A stretch of 64,000 nt of DNA from an uncultured archaeon (GCA_964584335.1 CAZOZN010000002.1:130974-194973), one strand, 5' to 3'. Numbered from the stretch's first letter, positions 39,210 through 49,560 are shown. Program-made: numbers and translations. Notes: generated by a model from the letters alone, not told the origin.

Positions 39210-39722
39210 TTGGCTAGTTTAAAGGTAGAGGACGAATGCGATATAATACCAAGAATAATGGTAAACAATATACCCAACCCACAGGCAGTGTACCCCGAAA
39301 TAAAAGAGATACTTATTTCTAGATGCAAGATAGCTCCAAAAAATATAAACGAAAGGATATACGACCACACAAAAGGGGAACCAGAGAAGATACATATAGT
39401 TCTTGAATCTTGGAAACAAAAAGACAAATACACAAGACTGTTGTACGAACTGGAGATAGACATAAAACTCAGGCAGGTCAACAAGAAAAAAATAAAATAT
39501 ATTGGAGACTTGGACATAGAGATAAAGGGAACCGTGGAGACATCTTATCCGCAGAAATCTGCAGCAGAGAAATCAATACTTTGGAACGCTTTTCGTGCAT
39601 TCTATGAGAAGGCGCTTTACGGGGACCTTAGAGACGAATACATGGAAGATTGTAAGAAATACGTAATAAGATTAAGAGACGGGATACAGGGTTTTTTGGA
39701 CCTGCTCCCAAAAATGAACTAG
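39210..39722 (+). CDS. Hypothetical protein
   Basis: GGTGA RBS, co-oriented with the CBS gene; no motif recognised. Confidence 0.6.
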   Translation: MASLKVEDECDIIPRIMVNNIPNPQAVYPEIKEILISRCKIAPKNINERIYDHTKGEPEKIHIVLESWKQKDKYTRLLYELEIDIKLRQVNKKKIKYIGDLDIEIKGTVETSYPQKSAAEKSILWNAFRAFYEKALYGDLRDEYMEDCKKYVIRLRDGIQGFLDLLPKMN

Positions 39723-39898
39723 TCCAGAATTATTGCATCTACAGGACATATGTTTTTTGCTTCTTCACAACAATCTGAATCACATTCTGAAGTTTTTACC
39801 TCGGATTTGCCGTTTTCATCCAGTTCAAAAACTTCTGGGCACACAGAAACACAAGCTCCACACCCAATACACTTTTCCTTATCCACCTTTACCTTCAA
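39719..39898 (-). CDS. fdx: Ferredoxin, 59 aa (absent from ORF track)
   Basis: TTG start after GAGGTGA RBS: MKVKVDKEKCIGCGACVSVCPEVFELDENGKSEVKTSECDSDCCEEAKNICPVDAIILD. Confidence 0.92.
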   Translation of the reverse strand: MKVKVDKEKCIGCGACVSVCPEVFELDENGKSEVKTSECDSDCCEEAKNICPVDAIILD

Positions 39899-39902
39899 TT
39901 AA

Positions 39903-40925
39903 TCACCTCAAAGTATTTCCTATTTGTTTTTTTGGATAGTCTTCTGGAATATCCCTGGTCCATAGTTTTTTGTCTTTTAAATCAGTTTCAGGTGAGATAA
40001 ATTCACCGTCACCGACAACAACATCAACCAGTCTTGATTTTTTGCCTATCCTGCAGTTTTCACCAACAACACTATTTTTTATTTCTACACCAGCTTCTAT
40101 TAAATTATTATCATATATTACAGAATTTAAAATTTTTGCATCATCTTCAACGACAACATTATTTCCCAAACATGATTTTTTTAAGATGCCATTATTTTTA
40201 CATGTTTCTGTTACTTTATTTTCTAACCCCCACCTACCCATCAAGAAATTATGTATTTTGATGTAGCTTGATATTCTTCCTATATCCATCCAGTAGTCTT
40301 TTATCCTAAAACCGAAGAAGTTTTTACCATCTTCTATTATTCTTGGGAAAACTTCCTTTTCCATTGAAACAAGACGTCCAATTTCTATATAATCAAGAAT
40401 ATTATTTTGAAGCATGTAAGCACCCGCATTTATTAAGTTAGAAGGCGCTTCCTCCGGTTCAGGTTTTTCAACAAACCTTGTTATCCTGTCTCCTTCAATG
40501 TCCACCACGCCAAATTCAGACACATTTTCAACAGGCCAAAGCGATATTGTGGAAAATGAGTTGTTTTTCCTGTGAAATTTTATCATACCATCCATGTTTA
40601 GCGAGGATATTATATCACTATTTAGAACAAAAAAATCGCCGGTTATATGTTTCTCTGCAAATTTTACAGCACCGCCAGTACCTAGAGGTTTTGGCTCGTC
40701 ATTTATTATTATCTCTTTACCGAAATCATTTTTTTCAAAAAATTCTTCTATTTGTTTTTTTCTGTAATTAAGAGCAAGAATTACTTTATCAACTTCTTCA
40801 GGCAACTGTTCAATTATATACCCAATCATTGGCTTATTCATTATTGGTAGAAGTGATTTCGGTCTGGTGTATGTTAGCGGAGCCAACCTGGTTCCAAAAC
40901 CACCTGCCAGTATTATCGCTTCCAT
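39903..40925 (-). CDS. Sugar-phosphate nucleotidyltransferase (Man-1-P guanylyltransferase-like)
   Basis: ILAGGFGTRL.PLT..RPK, LGTGGA, FVEKP, INAG.Y, WMDIG, C-terminal hexapeptide repeats. Confidence 0.9.
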   Translation of the reverse strand: MEAIILAGGFGTRLAPLTYTRPKSLLPIMNKPMIGYIIEQLPEEVDKVILALNYRKKQIEEFFEKNDFGKEIIINDEPKPLGTGGAVKFAEKHITGDFFVLNSDIISSLNMDGMIKFHRKNNSFSTISLWPVENVSEFGVVDIEGDRITRFVEKPEPEEAPSNLINAGAYMLQNNILDYIEIGRLVSMEKEVFPRIIEDGKNFFGFRIKDYWMDIGRISSYIKIHNFLMGRWGLENKVTETCKNNGILKKSCLGNNVVVEDDAKILNSVIYDNNLIEAGVEIKNSVVGENCRIGKKSRLVDVVVGDGEFISPETDLKDKKLWTRDIPEDYPKKQIGNTLR

Positions 40926-40945
40926 AAAAACACACGAACAAAACC

Positions 40946-42613
40946 TTAAACTAAATCCAACTTTTCAATAATTTTACTATAGGCAGGCCTTGTTATAAAT
41001 ATACCCACCAAAACACCTATTATTGTTGTTATAGCAAATCCTCTCATAACACCTATTCCTATTATTCCCAGAGGAAGCATTGCCGCTATTGTTGTTGAAG
41101 CAGTTCCAAATATTATAAAGAAAGCCCTCTTTATCTTTTCTTTTAGGGAGAAGGCCAGTTCTTTCCCGCTTGAAACCTCATCAGTTATAATTATTTGATG
41201 GTCTACTCCGGTACCCACCGCGGCGATTATACCCGCAATAGCTGCCAAGTCTATTGTCCACCTTATAAAGGAAGCCACCCCAAGAATTATTACTATTTCT
41301 GATAACGATGTTATTAAAATAGGAAGAACAATCTTCCAGTTTTTGTACCTTATCGATATGACAAGAGAGACCGCTATTAGAGCACCAAAACCGGCCAACA
41401 AAACACCTCTTATAAACTGGCTTCCCAGAGAAGGCGATATGCTGTCGACTCTTATGGCCTCTAACTCTACGGGAAGTGCTCCGCTGCTCAAAATACTTTG
41501 AAGCCTTCTCATACTGGAGCTTGTGTCTTCTTCTGATACACCACCACCCGTTATTTGTGGTGTTGAATATGCCTTACCAGCCAATCCAGAACCAATTCTC
41601 AAATCATCCATAGGAGTCTCATCTAAAAAGAGGTATATCTTTCTTTCAAGGTAAGATTCTCCAGTCTTTGGGTCTATCACTACAGGTATATCTTCTGTTA
41701 CTTTTGCAAATCTTTCCGCACCATCATCCGATACCAATATCTGGAATGAAAATTCCCAACCACTTCCGTATTTTCTAATGTATGAATGCTGTGAATCAAA
41801 ATAAACATATTTTATATCTTCTGTCGTGAATATTTTTCCGCTTAAAACAGCGCTTTGGTTTGTAATGTTCCAAACATCAAATTCTATATCATTCAGGCTT
41901 AGTGTGTCATTCACGCCAAAAACATTATTTCCGAATGTTATGTTCTGTCCCTCTTTTTCTATGGTAAAGTTCTTGTCACCCAGCTCAACAGCCCCGCTTC
42001 CGTTCCTGAAGTTTACTAACCTGGGGATAAAGGCTTCGAAAACACCCTCCCTTTCAAGAAGGTCGTCTATCTCTTCTTTGCTTGCACCCGCCATTTCTAT
42101 CTGTATGTAATTATTTCCCCTGACATCTCTTACAGACTGGAAGTTTATCTCTTTCAATCCGTATACGTTCATTCTTGTTTGAAGTGTTGATATTATCTGT
42201 TCTGTCGACAAGGTCTCGTTTGTCTTGTTTACATCTTCACTATAGACAGGCTTTAAGAGTACTCTTGTCCCACCAACCAAATCCATTCCCATGTTTAAGT
42301 TTGTCGGTGTAACATCTCTTACTTCAATTCCAATATTACCGTCAACATCCTTTAGTGTAAGCTCCCCGTTGTGGAAAATTCTTATTACTCCGGTGTAGTT
42401 CTCAAACTGAATCATATCCGACGAGCTTTCTATAGGAACATCATTTATTGATATTATCTTTTCGCCGGGTGATATATCCTGTATAAAAGGAGAATTTTGG
42501 TCTATGTTTTTTACTACCACACCACTTGCCCAGGGATTTGGTGCTATCGCCAAAACACTACCCAACACTATTAAAATAAAAATCCAAACTCTCCATTCCT
42601 TAAGCAAATCCAT
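40946..42613 (-). CDS. secD: Protein translocase subunit SecD with PDZ-like insertion
   Basis: GMDLVGGTRV, LSSGALP, ISPSLG, GTGVDHQIII.DE, RGFAITTIIG. Confidence 0.92.
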   Translation of the reverse strand: MDLLKEWRVWIFILIVLGSVLAIAPNPWASGVVVKNIDQNSPFIQDISPGEKIISINDVPIESSSDMIQFENYTGVIRIFHNGELTLKDVDGNIGIEVRDVTPTNLNMGMDLVGGTRVLLKPVYSEDVNKTNETLSTEQIISTLQTRMNVYGLKEINFQSVRDVRGNNYIQIEMAGASKEEIDDLLEREGVFEAFIPRLVNFRNGSGAVELGDKNFTIEKEGQNITFGNNVFGVNDTLSLNDIEFDVWNITNQSAVLSGKIFTTEDIKYVYFDSQHSYIRKYGSGWEFSFQILVSDDGAERFAKVTEDIPVVIDPKTGESYLERKIYLFLDETPMDDLRIGSGLAGKAYSTPQITGGGVSEEDTSSSMRRLQSILSSGALPVELEAIRVDSISPSLGSQFIRGVLLAGFGALIAVSLVISIRYKNWKIVLPILITSLSEIVIILGVASFIRWTIDLAAIAGIIAAVGTGVDHQIIITDEVSSGKELAFSLKEKIKRAFFIIFGTASTTIAAMLPLGIIGIGVMRGFAITTIIGVLVGIFITRPAYSKIIEKLDLV

Positions 42614-43480
42614 TTAATCTATACCTCTTTTTTCAGCCCACATTCTTAGTATACCAAAATTTGTAAGCCATGTGTTTGGCACATCTATAAGCAGTGCTAT
42701 TATAAGTACAGTTGCAATTTCCCTGAGTGCGGTTGCTCCTGAAACAAGATATAAAGCAGTAAGCGCTACAAGAGTTGTTGTAGTCATTGTTAGACCTGTT
42801 TTAAGAGCCTCTATAGACCTTTCCATTAAAGTACCTTCCCTTCTCTTTACCATCCTTGTCGTTAAAAGAACATCCGTATCTATAGAATAACCAAGTACAA
42901 GCAAAAGTCCTGCAAAAGAAGCCAAAGACAAATCAATCCCAAAAAATCCCATAACCACTATAGTACAAATTATATCTGAGAAGGCACACCACAAAACCGC
43001 TATAGAGGGAACAAAATTTTTAAAGACTATGAAAACAACAATCCCCATAAATATAAACGCGAAAATCATGGCGGTTATACTTTGAGAAAAGAAACTTTCA
43101 CCAAGATTTGCCCCTATCTTTTCAAAAGAATGAGAAGTAATATCTATTCCGTAATTTTCAATTTCACTCAGCAAAGATTCTTTATCAACATCCTCGTCGG
43201 CTCTTATTAATATTGTGTTGCCACTGACACTCATAGCAGTTCTCACTCTAACATTTCCGAAAATGGGACCCAGATGTTCCTCTAGCTCTGACGCGACAAC
43301 TCTTTGCCTTGTATCTAATGTCAGCTGGGAACCGCCTTCAAGGTCAACACCCTTTGAAACGAACTCCCCCGTACTCTGATAATTAAACAAGAGCGCGCCC
43401 ATACAGACAAACAAGAAAATTATCGGAATTACCATAAGTTTCTTGTATCCAATCTTTTCGTACATATCCAACATTTTCAT
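42614..43480 (-). CDS. secF: Protein translocase subunit SecF
   Basis: GVDLEGG, GYSIDTDVLLTTR, TGLTMT.TT, NTWLTN. Confidence 0.93.
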   Translation of the reverse strand: MKMLDMYEKIGYKKLMVIPIIFLFVCMGALLFNYQSTGEFVSKGVDLEGGSQLTLDTRQRVVASELEEHLGPIFGNVRVRTAMSVSGNTILIRADEDVDKESLLSEIENYGIDITSHSFEKIGANLGESFFSQSITAMIFAFIFMGIVVFIVFKNFVPSIAVLWCAFSDIICTIVVMGFFGIDLSLASFAGLLLVLGYSIDTDVLLTTRMVKRREGTLMERSIEALKTGLTMTTTTLVALTALYLVSGATALREIATVLIIALLIDVPNTWLTNFGILRMWAEKRGID

Positions 43481-43552
43481 AACATTTTTTTAGGAGCAAA
43501 GTTATAAAAGCATTAAAAAACGCTTTTAACTTTAATTTTGTAAATATTTATC

Positions 43553-44578
43553 ATGATTTACGATTTTACAGTGTGCGGTGCGGGTCCAATAGGTTCTTAT
43601 CTGGCCTGGAAACTTTCAGAACTTGATTATAAGGTTTTGGTGTTGGAGGAACACAGCAAAATAGGCGAACCTGTTTCCTGTTCCGGCCTGATTTCAAACA
43701 ACATTTGGAAATACATACCAAAAAAAAGTTTGAAAAAGGATGTTGTAGAAAGAAAAATTAAAGGAGCCAGATTACACCTAGGAAAAAAGAAGCACACATT
43801 CGTTTCTAATCAGGCCAACGTTTTAAACAGAAACAAGCTTGATAAATTTATAGCACACAAAGCCGAAGAGGCCGGTGCCAAGTTTGCAAAAGAATCAAAA
43901 CTGTTTAGTTTTTTTGAATCAGATGAAAAAGTATCCCTTTATATCAAATCAAAAAATTTCAGAAACACAAAAACTAAAATTCTGGCAGGCTGTGACGGAC
44001 CGCTTTCTATAGTAAGAGAAAATATGGGCATAAGGCAGCCAAACTTTCTTCACGGCATATTCTGTTATGTAAAGGAGGAACCGGATTCTTTTGTAGATCT
44101 TTATTACAAGAAAGCCCCGGGATTTTTTGCGTGGAGAATACCCAGAGGTGAAGATGTAGAGTACGGTCTGGCATCGGACGTTAATGCAAAAAAATATTTT
44201 GAGAGTTTTTCAAAAAAAATGAAAATAAAATACAATAAAGTTTATTCCGGCCTAATTCCTTACGGACTTCTGCCCAGAATAACAGGGAAGAGAGTTTTTC
44301 TTTGCGGCGATGCGGCGTCTCATGTAAAACCACACACAGGTGGCGGCGTTGTTTATGGAATAAAATCCGCGGACATAGCCTCGACTCTTATAAAACCCGA
44401 CAGCCCAAACATGAAAAGCTATGAATCTGCATGGAGAAAAAAACTCTCAAAAGAAATAAATATAGGAACATGGATAAAGAGAGCATATTCTCTACCATCA
44501 CCTTTATTAAATATGGTGCTTAATTCTTTATCTAAAAAACAGGGTCTTGAGATGGACAGGCCTTCAAGCATGTGGTAA
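43553..44578 (+). CDS. Geranylgeranyl reductase-family flavoprotein
   Basis: GAGPIG, P.SCSGL, GCDG, FAW.IP, CGDAA..VKP.TGGG. Confidence 0.88.
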   Translation: MIYDFTVCGAGPIGSYLAWKLSELDYKVLVLEEHSKIGEPVSCSGLISNNIWKYIPKKSLKKDVVERKIKGARLHLGKKKHTFVSNQANVLNRNKLDKFIAHKAEEAGAKFAKESKLFSFFESDEKVSLYIKSKNFRNTKTKILAGCDGPLSIVRENMGIRQPNFLHGIFCYVKEEPDSFVDLYYKKAPGFFAWRIPRGEDVEYGLASDVNAKKYFESFSKKMKIKYNKVYSGLIPYGLLPRITGKRVFLCGDAASHVKPHTGGGVVYGIKSADIASTLIKPDSPNMKSYESAWRKKLSKEINIGTWIKRAYSLPSPLLNMVLNSLSKKQGLEMDRPSSMW

Positions 44579-44596
44579 ATATCCGGTGAAAATATA

Positions 44597-45559
44597 ATGC
44601 AGAAAAGATCTTATTTGTTTGTTATATCTTTCTTAATTATTGCCGGGTTGTTGTATTTTTCCAATTTCGATGAGATAATAGTTACAATAAAAAACGCAAA
44701 CCCCCCGATAATAATAGGCACCTTTTTTTTGTGGATATTTAATTCTTCAGTCAGAAGCCTAAGATGGCAAAGACTTTTAAAGAACATAGACGTCAATATC
44801 AGTTTTCCCGAGACTTGGAATATTTTTATGGCATCCATGTTTATATCAAATCTGAGCCCCGCTAAAACAGGAGACCCTATGAGGTCTGTTATACTTAAAA
44901 GAAACACAGGAGAATCTTTTTCAAAAACAGTATGTTCCATATTCGTGGAAAGGTTAATGGACGTTATTTTTTTGGTAATTGTTATGTTTATCTTCACTCC
45001 GGTATTCCTGGTTGTTTTGAATGGCATCGGGTTTTGGATATCAATTACCCTAATATTTTATGTCTTCATAATAATATTTGGATTGTTCATAATAACATCC
45101 GTTAAGAGGTCAGAAATATTTTTCACAAAACTTTTTGGTCTGTTTTCTTTTATACCAAAAATAAAATCATATGAAAGCAGAATAAAGAAAGGCGCAAAAA
45201 AACTGAACAAGGCATTTAAGAAGTACAGCAACAAAAAATCACTGATAATACCATTTTTACTGACCTCAATAATATGGATAGTTCAGGGATTTGTTGTTTA
45301 CCTTTCCTTTATGTCCGTGGGAATAATTGTTCCTATATGGGCCTGCATAGCAGTAATACCATTAACCGTGCTCATAGGCGTCCTTACCTTTTTGCCCGGA
45401 GCACTGGGCTCTACGGAAGTCATAATGGTTACTTTTTTCACCGGGCTTTTTTATTTTTCATTACCGGAGGTCACTGCCGCTGTATTAATTAGCAGAGCAA
45501 TACTTTACTGGCCTTATGTTATAACAGGTGCAGTACTTTTTTCTTTAAAATTTAAGTGA
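44597..45559 (+). CDS. Flippase-like membrane protein (UPF0104/LPG synthase TM)
   Basis: RW..LL, PAKTGD..R, ERLMD, PGALGSTE. Confidence 0.85.
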   Translation: MQKRSYLFVISFLIIAGLLYFSNFDEIIVTIKNANPPIIIGTFFLWIFNSSVRSLRWQRLLKNIDVNISFPETWNIFMASMFISNLSPAKTGDPMRSVILKRNTGESFSKTVCSIFVERLMDVIFLVIVMFIFTPVFLVVLNGIGFWISITLIFYVFIIIFGLFIITSVKRSEIFFTKLFGLFSFIPKIKSYESRIKKGAKKLNKAFKKYSNKKSLIIPFLLTSIIWIVQGFVVYLSFMSVGIIVPIWACIAVIPLTVLIGVLTFLPGALGSTEVIMVTFFTGLFYFSLPEVTAAVLISRAILYWPYVITGAVLFSLKFK

Positions 45560-45578
45560 AAAATACAATAATTAAACT

Positions 45579-46487
45579 ATGAGAGTTTTGGTCACAGGCG
45601 GTGCCGGTTTTATAGGTTCTCATCTTGTAGACAAACTAATTCAAAAAGGATTAGAAGTGACGGTAATAGATAATTTTTCTTCGGGCAAAAAAGACAATGT
45701 TAATATGGAGGCCCGAATAATAGAAGGTGATTTGAAAGATTTAGATTTTGTTGAAGAAAACCTGAGGGACTTTGAAATTGTTTATCACTTTGCCGCAAAC
45801 CCAGACGTTAGGCTTGGCGTGAAAGACAGAAGAATTCACCTGAACGAAAATATCCTGGCAACACACAACATACTTGAATCAATGGTAAAAAATAAAATCA
45901 ATAAAATAGTTTTTGCATCAACATCTGCCGTTTACGGAGAAGCCAAAAAAATGCCAACAAAAGAGAGCTACGGTCCCCTGATAACCTCTTCTCTTTACGG
46001 TGCCTCAAAACTTTCCGCTGAAAGTCTGATTTACTCTTATTCGGAATTTGGAATAAAGTCTTGGATATTTCGTTTGGCAAACGTGGTGGGTGGCCGTTCA
46101 GACCACGGGGTCATACCGGATTTCACAAAAAAACTGAGCAAAAATCCACACAAACTGGAAGTTCTTGGTGACGGAAACCAGACAAAATCATATCTTCACG
46201 TTGATGATTGTGTTGATGCAATTATTCATGCAGTTGAAAATTCAAACCAAAAAGTAAACGTTTTTAACATAGGGTCCCCCGACACAATCAAGGTCTCACA
46301 AATAGCAAAGGAAGTTATAAACAAAAAATCACCCAAAGCAAAAATAAAATACACCGGAGGGGAGAAAGGATGGAAGGGCGATGTGCCCAAATTCCTGCTT
46401 GATATAACTAAGATAAGAAGCCTTGGCTGGTCTCCCAAATTAAATTCAAGACAGTCTGTAATAAAGACGATAAATGAGCAGAATTAG
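45579..46487 (+). CDS. NAD-dependent NDP-sugar epimerase/dehydratase
   Basis: TGGAGFIGSH, STSAVYG, YGASK, GWKGDV. Confidence 0.93.
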   Translation: MRVLVTGGAGFIGSHLVDKLIQKGLEVTVIDNFSSGKKDNVNMEARIIEGDLKDLDFVEENLRDFEIVYHFAANPDVRLGVKDRRIHLNENILATHNILESMVKNKINKIVFASTSAVYGEAKKMPTKESYGPLITSSLYGASKLSAESLIYSYSEFGIKSWIFRLANVVGGRSDHGVIPDFTKKLSKNPHKLEVLGDGNQTKSYLHVDDCVDAIIHAVENSNQKVNVFNIGSPDTIKVSQIAKEVINKKSPKAKIKYTGGEKGWKGDVPKFLLDITKIRSLGWSPKLNSRQSVIKTINEQN

Positions 46488-47272
46488 TTTTTAATTGTTT
46501 CGTTTTTTATGGCATAAAATACATCCTGCGGCTTTTCTATTCTTTGATTAACATTTTTTGTTATTATTATCGCGTCTTCATGATGGTCCCCCTTCATCTC
46601 TATTCCTGATTTTGTTTTCTTTGGAAGGGTCTGTACTTTTGCCTCCCCGAAGGAACAGAAACCGTGGTCTGAAATTATTATTAATTTGTTTTCTTTATCT
46701 TGCAGAAATCCTGTATCAAAAACAATCTCCCCGAGACGCTCGTCCATCTTTTCGTACCAGTCAACCACCATATCTTCACCCCAGTGAAAATGCTGTATCC
46801 TGTCCAGACTTGTAAAAACACCGATTAAAACATCCGGTTTCTCTGAAAGATTCTCATTGATTTTTTCTGTAACTTTTTCCAATTCCTCTTTCCACTCTTC
46901 TTCGTTGTTGGGTAAGCCGAAACCAACGCCTTCAAAATCCACGTTAAAATTATAAGGAGGAACAACAAAAGGTATGTTTATTGCTCTTATATCATAACCT
47001 TCCCTGTCAAGAACATCCCATATAAAATCAACATGAATATCCTGACGAGACTTAACTTTACCATCTTCCACATATTCTTTGTGTTTATGTTCTTCCGGTC
47101 CCTTACCACAGAACATACCGCACCATAGAGGAGGAGAGTAAGGTTTTTCTTTGAGATGTATTGTTCCGCTATCGCACATTTCTAAAATCTTTTTAAAATT
47201 TTGAAGCCTTTCTATGTTTGGATTTATAATTTTCCATGTTGCCGCGTCTATTCCCAAAACCAAAAAAGTCAC
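46484..47272 (-). CDS. Alkaline phosphatase superfamily (NPP-like) protein
   Basis: LGIDAA, S.P.W putative nucleophile loop, DRIQH, ISDHGF, C-terminal GDH. Confidence 0.8.
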   Translation of the reverse strand: MTFLVLGIDAATWKIINPNIERLQNFKKILEMCDSGTIHLKEKPYSPPLWCGMFCGKGPEEHKHKEYVEDGKVKSRQDIHVDFIWDVLDREGYDIRAINIPFVVPPYNFNVDFEGVGFGLPNNEEEWKEELEKVTEKINENLSEKPDVLIGVFTSLDRIQHFHWGEDMVVDWYEKMDERLGEIVFDTGFLQDKENKLIIISDHGFCSFGEAKVQTLPKKTKSGIEMKGDHHEDAIIITKNVNQRIEKPQDVFYAIKNETIKN

Positions 47273-47275
47273 AAT

Positions 47276-48499
47276 TCACACCTCCGTAATTATGCCGCCG
47301 CCGCTTATTGAATCATTTTTTTCTAGAACAAATCTTCCGGTCTCTTTTATCTCATTAAAGTCATCAATGAAAACTGGATTTTGAAGCTTTATCAAAACTT
47401 CTCCAATTTCGTGCTCATTCAATTCCTCACCATTTTCCTCTATAATTTTCAGGTCTGATGAATCTATTCTCTTTTTTATTTTTTCAATTGTACAGGGAAC
47501 TTCTTGTGTTGTTGATTTGAAAGTAAGGTTCTCTCCTTTTTTTATTTTTTCTGGAGACAGCCAAAAAAGCTGCGCGTCTACGATGTCTGTTTTTCTTGGA
47601 ATATTTTCATCAACTATAATCTGTCCTCTTTCAAGTTTCTTTCCTAAAACTACACCAACCGATTCACCAACAAAAGCTTCTTCAGGTTCCTCATTGAATT
47701 TTTTAATTTTTTTAACTTCAACACTTTCTTTTTCCGGTAGTAGAGTAATTTCCTGCCCCCTTTTAATTTTACCTGATTCTATTCTACCCACAACAATATC
47801 CTCCCCGTCAAAGTTGTAAGAGTCTTGCACCGGTAGCCTTAGAGGCTTTTCTGTCGATACAGCAGAAACTTTGAACTCATCCAAAGCTTCCAGTATAGTT
47901 TTGCCGCTGTACCATCCCATATTCGGGGATTTTTTTGCGATGTTGTCTCCTTTTTTTGCAGAAACAGGTATTACAAACTTTGGTTCAATACCCATATTAT
48001 CCATAACCAACATCAAATCCTCTTTAACCTTTTCAAATCTTTCTTCATCATAAGACACTTTATCCATCTTGTTCATAGCTACAATAACCTGCTCTATACC
48101 CAGAAGGCTCAATATGTAAGCATGTCTTTTTGTCTGGTCCATTACACCCTCGTCCACATCCAACATAAGTATTGCGGTCTCTGCCTGGGATGCTCCGGTT
48201 ATCATGTTTTTTATAAATTCCTTGTGTCCGGGAGCGTCAATAATCACGTAGTTTCTTTTTTCGGTCTGGAAAAAAGTCTGTGCAGTATCTATGGTTATGC
48301 CTTTTTCCCTTTCCTCTTTCAAGTGGTCCATTACAAATGCAAACTCTATGTCTTTTCCTGTCCTCTCGGCCTCGTATTTTATGTCCTCGTACTTCTCCTC
48401 AGGAAGGGAATCCGTATCATACAGAAGGCGCCCTATTAGGGTGCTCTTTCCATGGTCAATATGACCCACAAAAACTATTTTCATGTCTTCCTTTTCCAT
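47276..48499 (-). CDS. cysN: Sulfate adenylyltransferase GTPase subunit (no APS-kinase fusion)
   Basis: GHIDHGKSTLIGRLLYD, GITID, DAPGH, QTKRH, NKMD; directly downstream of cysD. Confidence 0.88.
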   Translation of the reverse strand: MEKEDMKIVFVGHIDHGKSTLIGRLLYDTDSLPEEKYEDIKYEAERTGKDIEFAFVMDHLKEEREKGITIDTAQTFFQTEKRNYVIIDAPGHKEFIKNMITGASQAETAILMLDVDEGVMDQTKRHAYILSLLGIEQVIVAMNKMDKVSYDEERFEKVKEDLMLVMDNMGIEPKFVIPVSAKKGDNIAKKSPNMGWYSGKTILEALDEFKVSAVSTEKPLRLPVQDSYNFDGEDIVVGRIESGKIKRGQEITLLPEKESVEVKKIKKFNEEPEEAFVGESVGVVLGKKLERGQIIVDENIPRKTDIVDAQLFWLSPEKIKKGENLTFKSTTQEVPCTIEKIKKRIDSSDLKIIEENGEELNEHEIGEVLIKLQNPVFIDDFNEIKETGRFVLEKNDSISGGGIITEV

Positions 48500-48507
48500 A
48501 ACATCAC

Positions 48508-49299
48508 CTACATATACCCCAGTGCCCGCAATCTTTGCATTATTTTTTCCTTGTCCTGTGAACGACCTGCCCTTTCCGCAGTCTTGCTCTCACTGATTTC
48601 TTTTATCATATCATCAACATTTTTGATATCGGATTTCACCGGGCTTGTGCAAGGTTTGCACCCGAGGCTTCTGAAACGCATACCATCTCTTGCAAAATAA
48701 AGCGGGTTGACAGGCAAATTTTCCCTCTTTATGTATTTCCATACATCCAGCTCTGTCCAGTGCAGAAGCGGATGAATTCTGAGATGTGTTTTTTCGTCAC
48801 TTTTAGTCTTGTACTGGTCCCACATCTCCGGCGGCTGATTTTCGTAATCCCACTGAAAGCTTTCGTCTCTGGGAGAATAATACCTTTCTTTTGCCCTTAC
48901 ACCATGCTCATCTCTTCTTATACCCAGAAGCAAAGCATCGAACTTTTTTTCTTTTATTGTGTTCTTCAGTGCCTGGGTCTTTCTCATGTTGCAGCAATCG
49001 AACTTGTCCTTTGGGCCTATCCTTTTTTCGTCCGCTTCTTTGTTTCTACTAACCACCAAGTCCAACCCCCATTTTTTGACAAGCCCATCCCTAAAATCGT
49101 ACATTTCCTGAAAATGATATCCTGTATCTATGTAAACAACAGGAAAAGGAACATTGCCGAAAAAACTTTTTTTAACCAAGTGAAGAAGTACTGTAGAATC
49201 TTTACCTACAGACCACATAACACCCAAGTTATTAAATTTTTTGTTTGCCTCTCTTATAATGTAAATGCTTTTACTTTCCAATTTATCCAAATGGTCCAT
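48508..49299 (-). CDS. cysD: Sulfate adenylyltransferase subunit 2
   Basis: LESKSIYIIRE, WSVGKDS, DTG, GIRRDE...RAKER..SPR, RIHPLL.WTE, RSLGC.PCT, ERAGR.QD. Confidence 0.93.
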   Translation of the reverse strand: MDHLDKLESKSIYIIREANKKFNNLGVMWSVGKDSTVLLHLVKKSFFGNVPFPVVYIDTGYHFQEMYDFRDGLVKKWGLDLVVSRNKEADEKRIGPKDKFDCCNMRKTQALKNTIKEKKFDALLLGIRRDEHGVRAKERYYSPRDESFQWDYENQPPEMWDQYKTKSDEKTHLRIHPLLHWTELDVWKYIKRENLPVNPLYFARDGMRFRSLGCKPCTSPVKSDIKNVDDMIKEISESKTAERAGRSQDKEKIMQRLRALGYM

Positions 49300-49307
49300 T
49301 TTATCAC

Positions 49308-49535
49308 CTAAATATAACCCAGTTTTTTTAATCTTTTTCTTATTTTCTTTATCTCTTCATCCGTTAGCTTGTCTTCATCTTTTATCCTTCCGCCGGATGC
49401 CACATTTCTCATTACGTAAACAACAAATTCAGTGACGCTAGAAAAACCAGTATCTTCTATTATATTCCCGAGTTTTTCGTAAAGTTCTTTTGGAATTTTT
49501 ATAGTAACTTTGGGTTTTCCACACACTACAATCAC
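49308..49535 (-). CDS. Ribbon-helix-helix (CopG-like) protein
   Basis: VTIKIPKELY...GFSSVTEFVVYVMR RHH pattern; C-terminal RLKKLGYI. Confidence 0.8.
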   Translation of the reverse strand: MIVVCGKPKVTIKIPKELYEKLGNIIEDTGFSSVTEFVVYVMRNVASGGRIKDEDKLTDEEIKKIRKRLKKLGYI

Positions 49536-49560
49536 ACTCTAATTGTAGTGTTAATACTAT

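Noticed and set aside
39733-39939. 68-aa plus-strand ORF from the track
   Set aside because: It is antisense to the clear ferredoxin gene at 39719-39898.
47276-48499. EF-1A or SelB translation factor
   Set aside because: Adjacent to cysD and carries CysN-like motifs (LIGRLLYD, QTKRH), so CysN is the simpler call.
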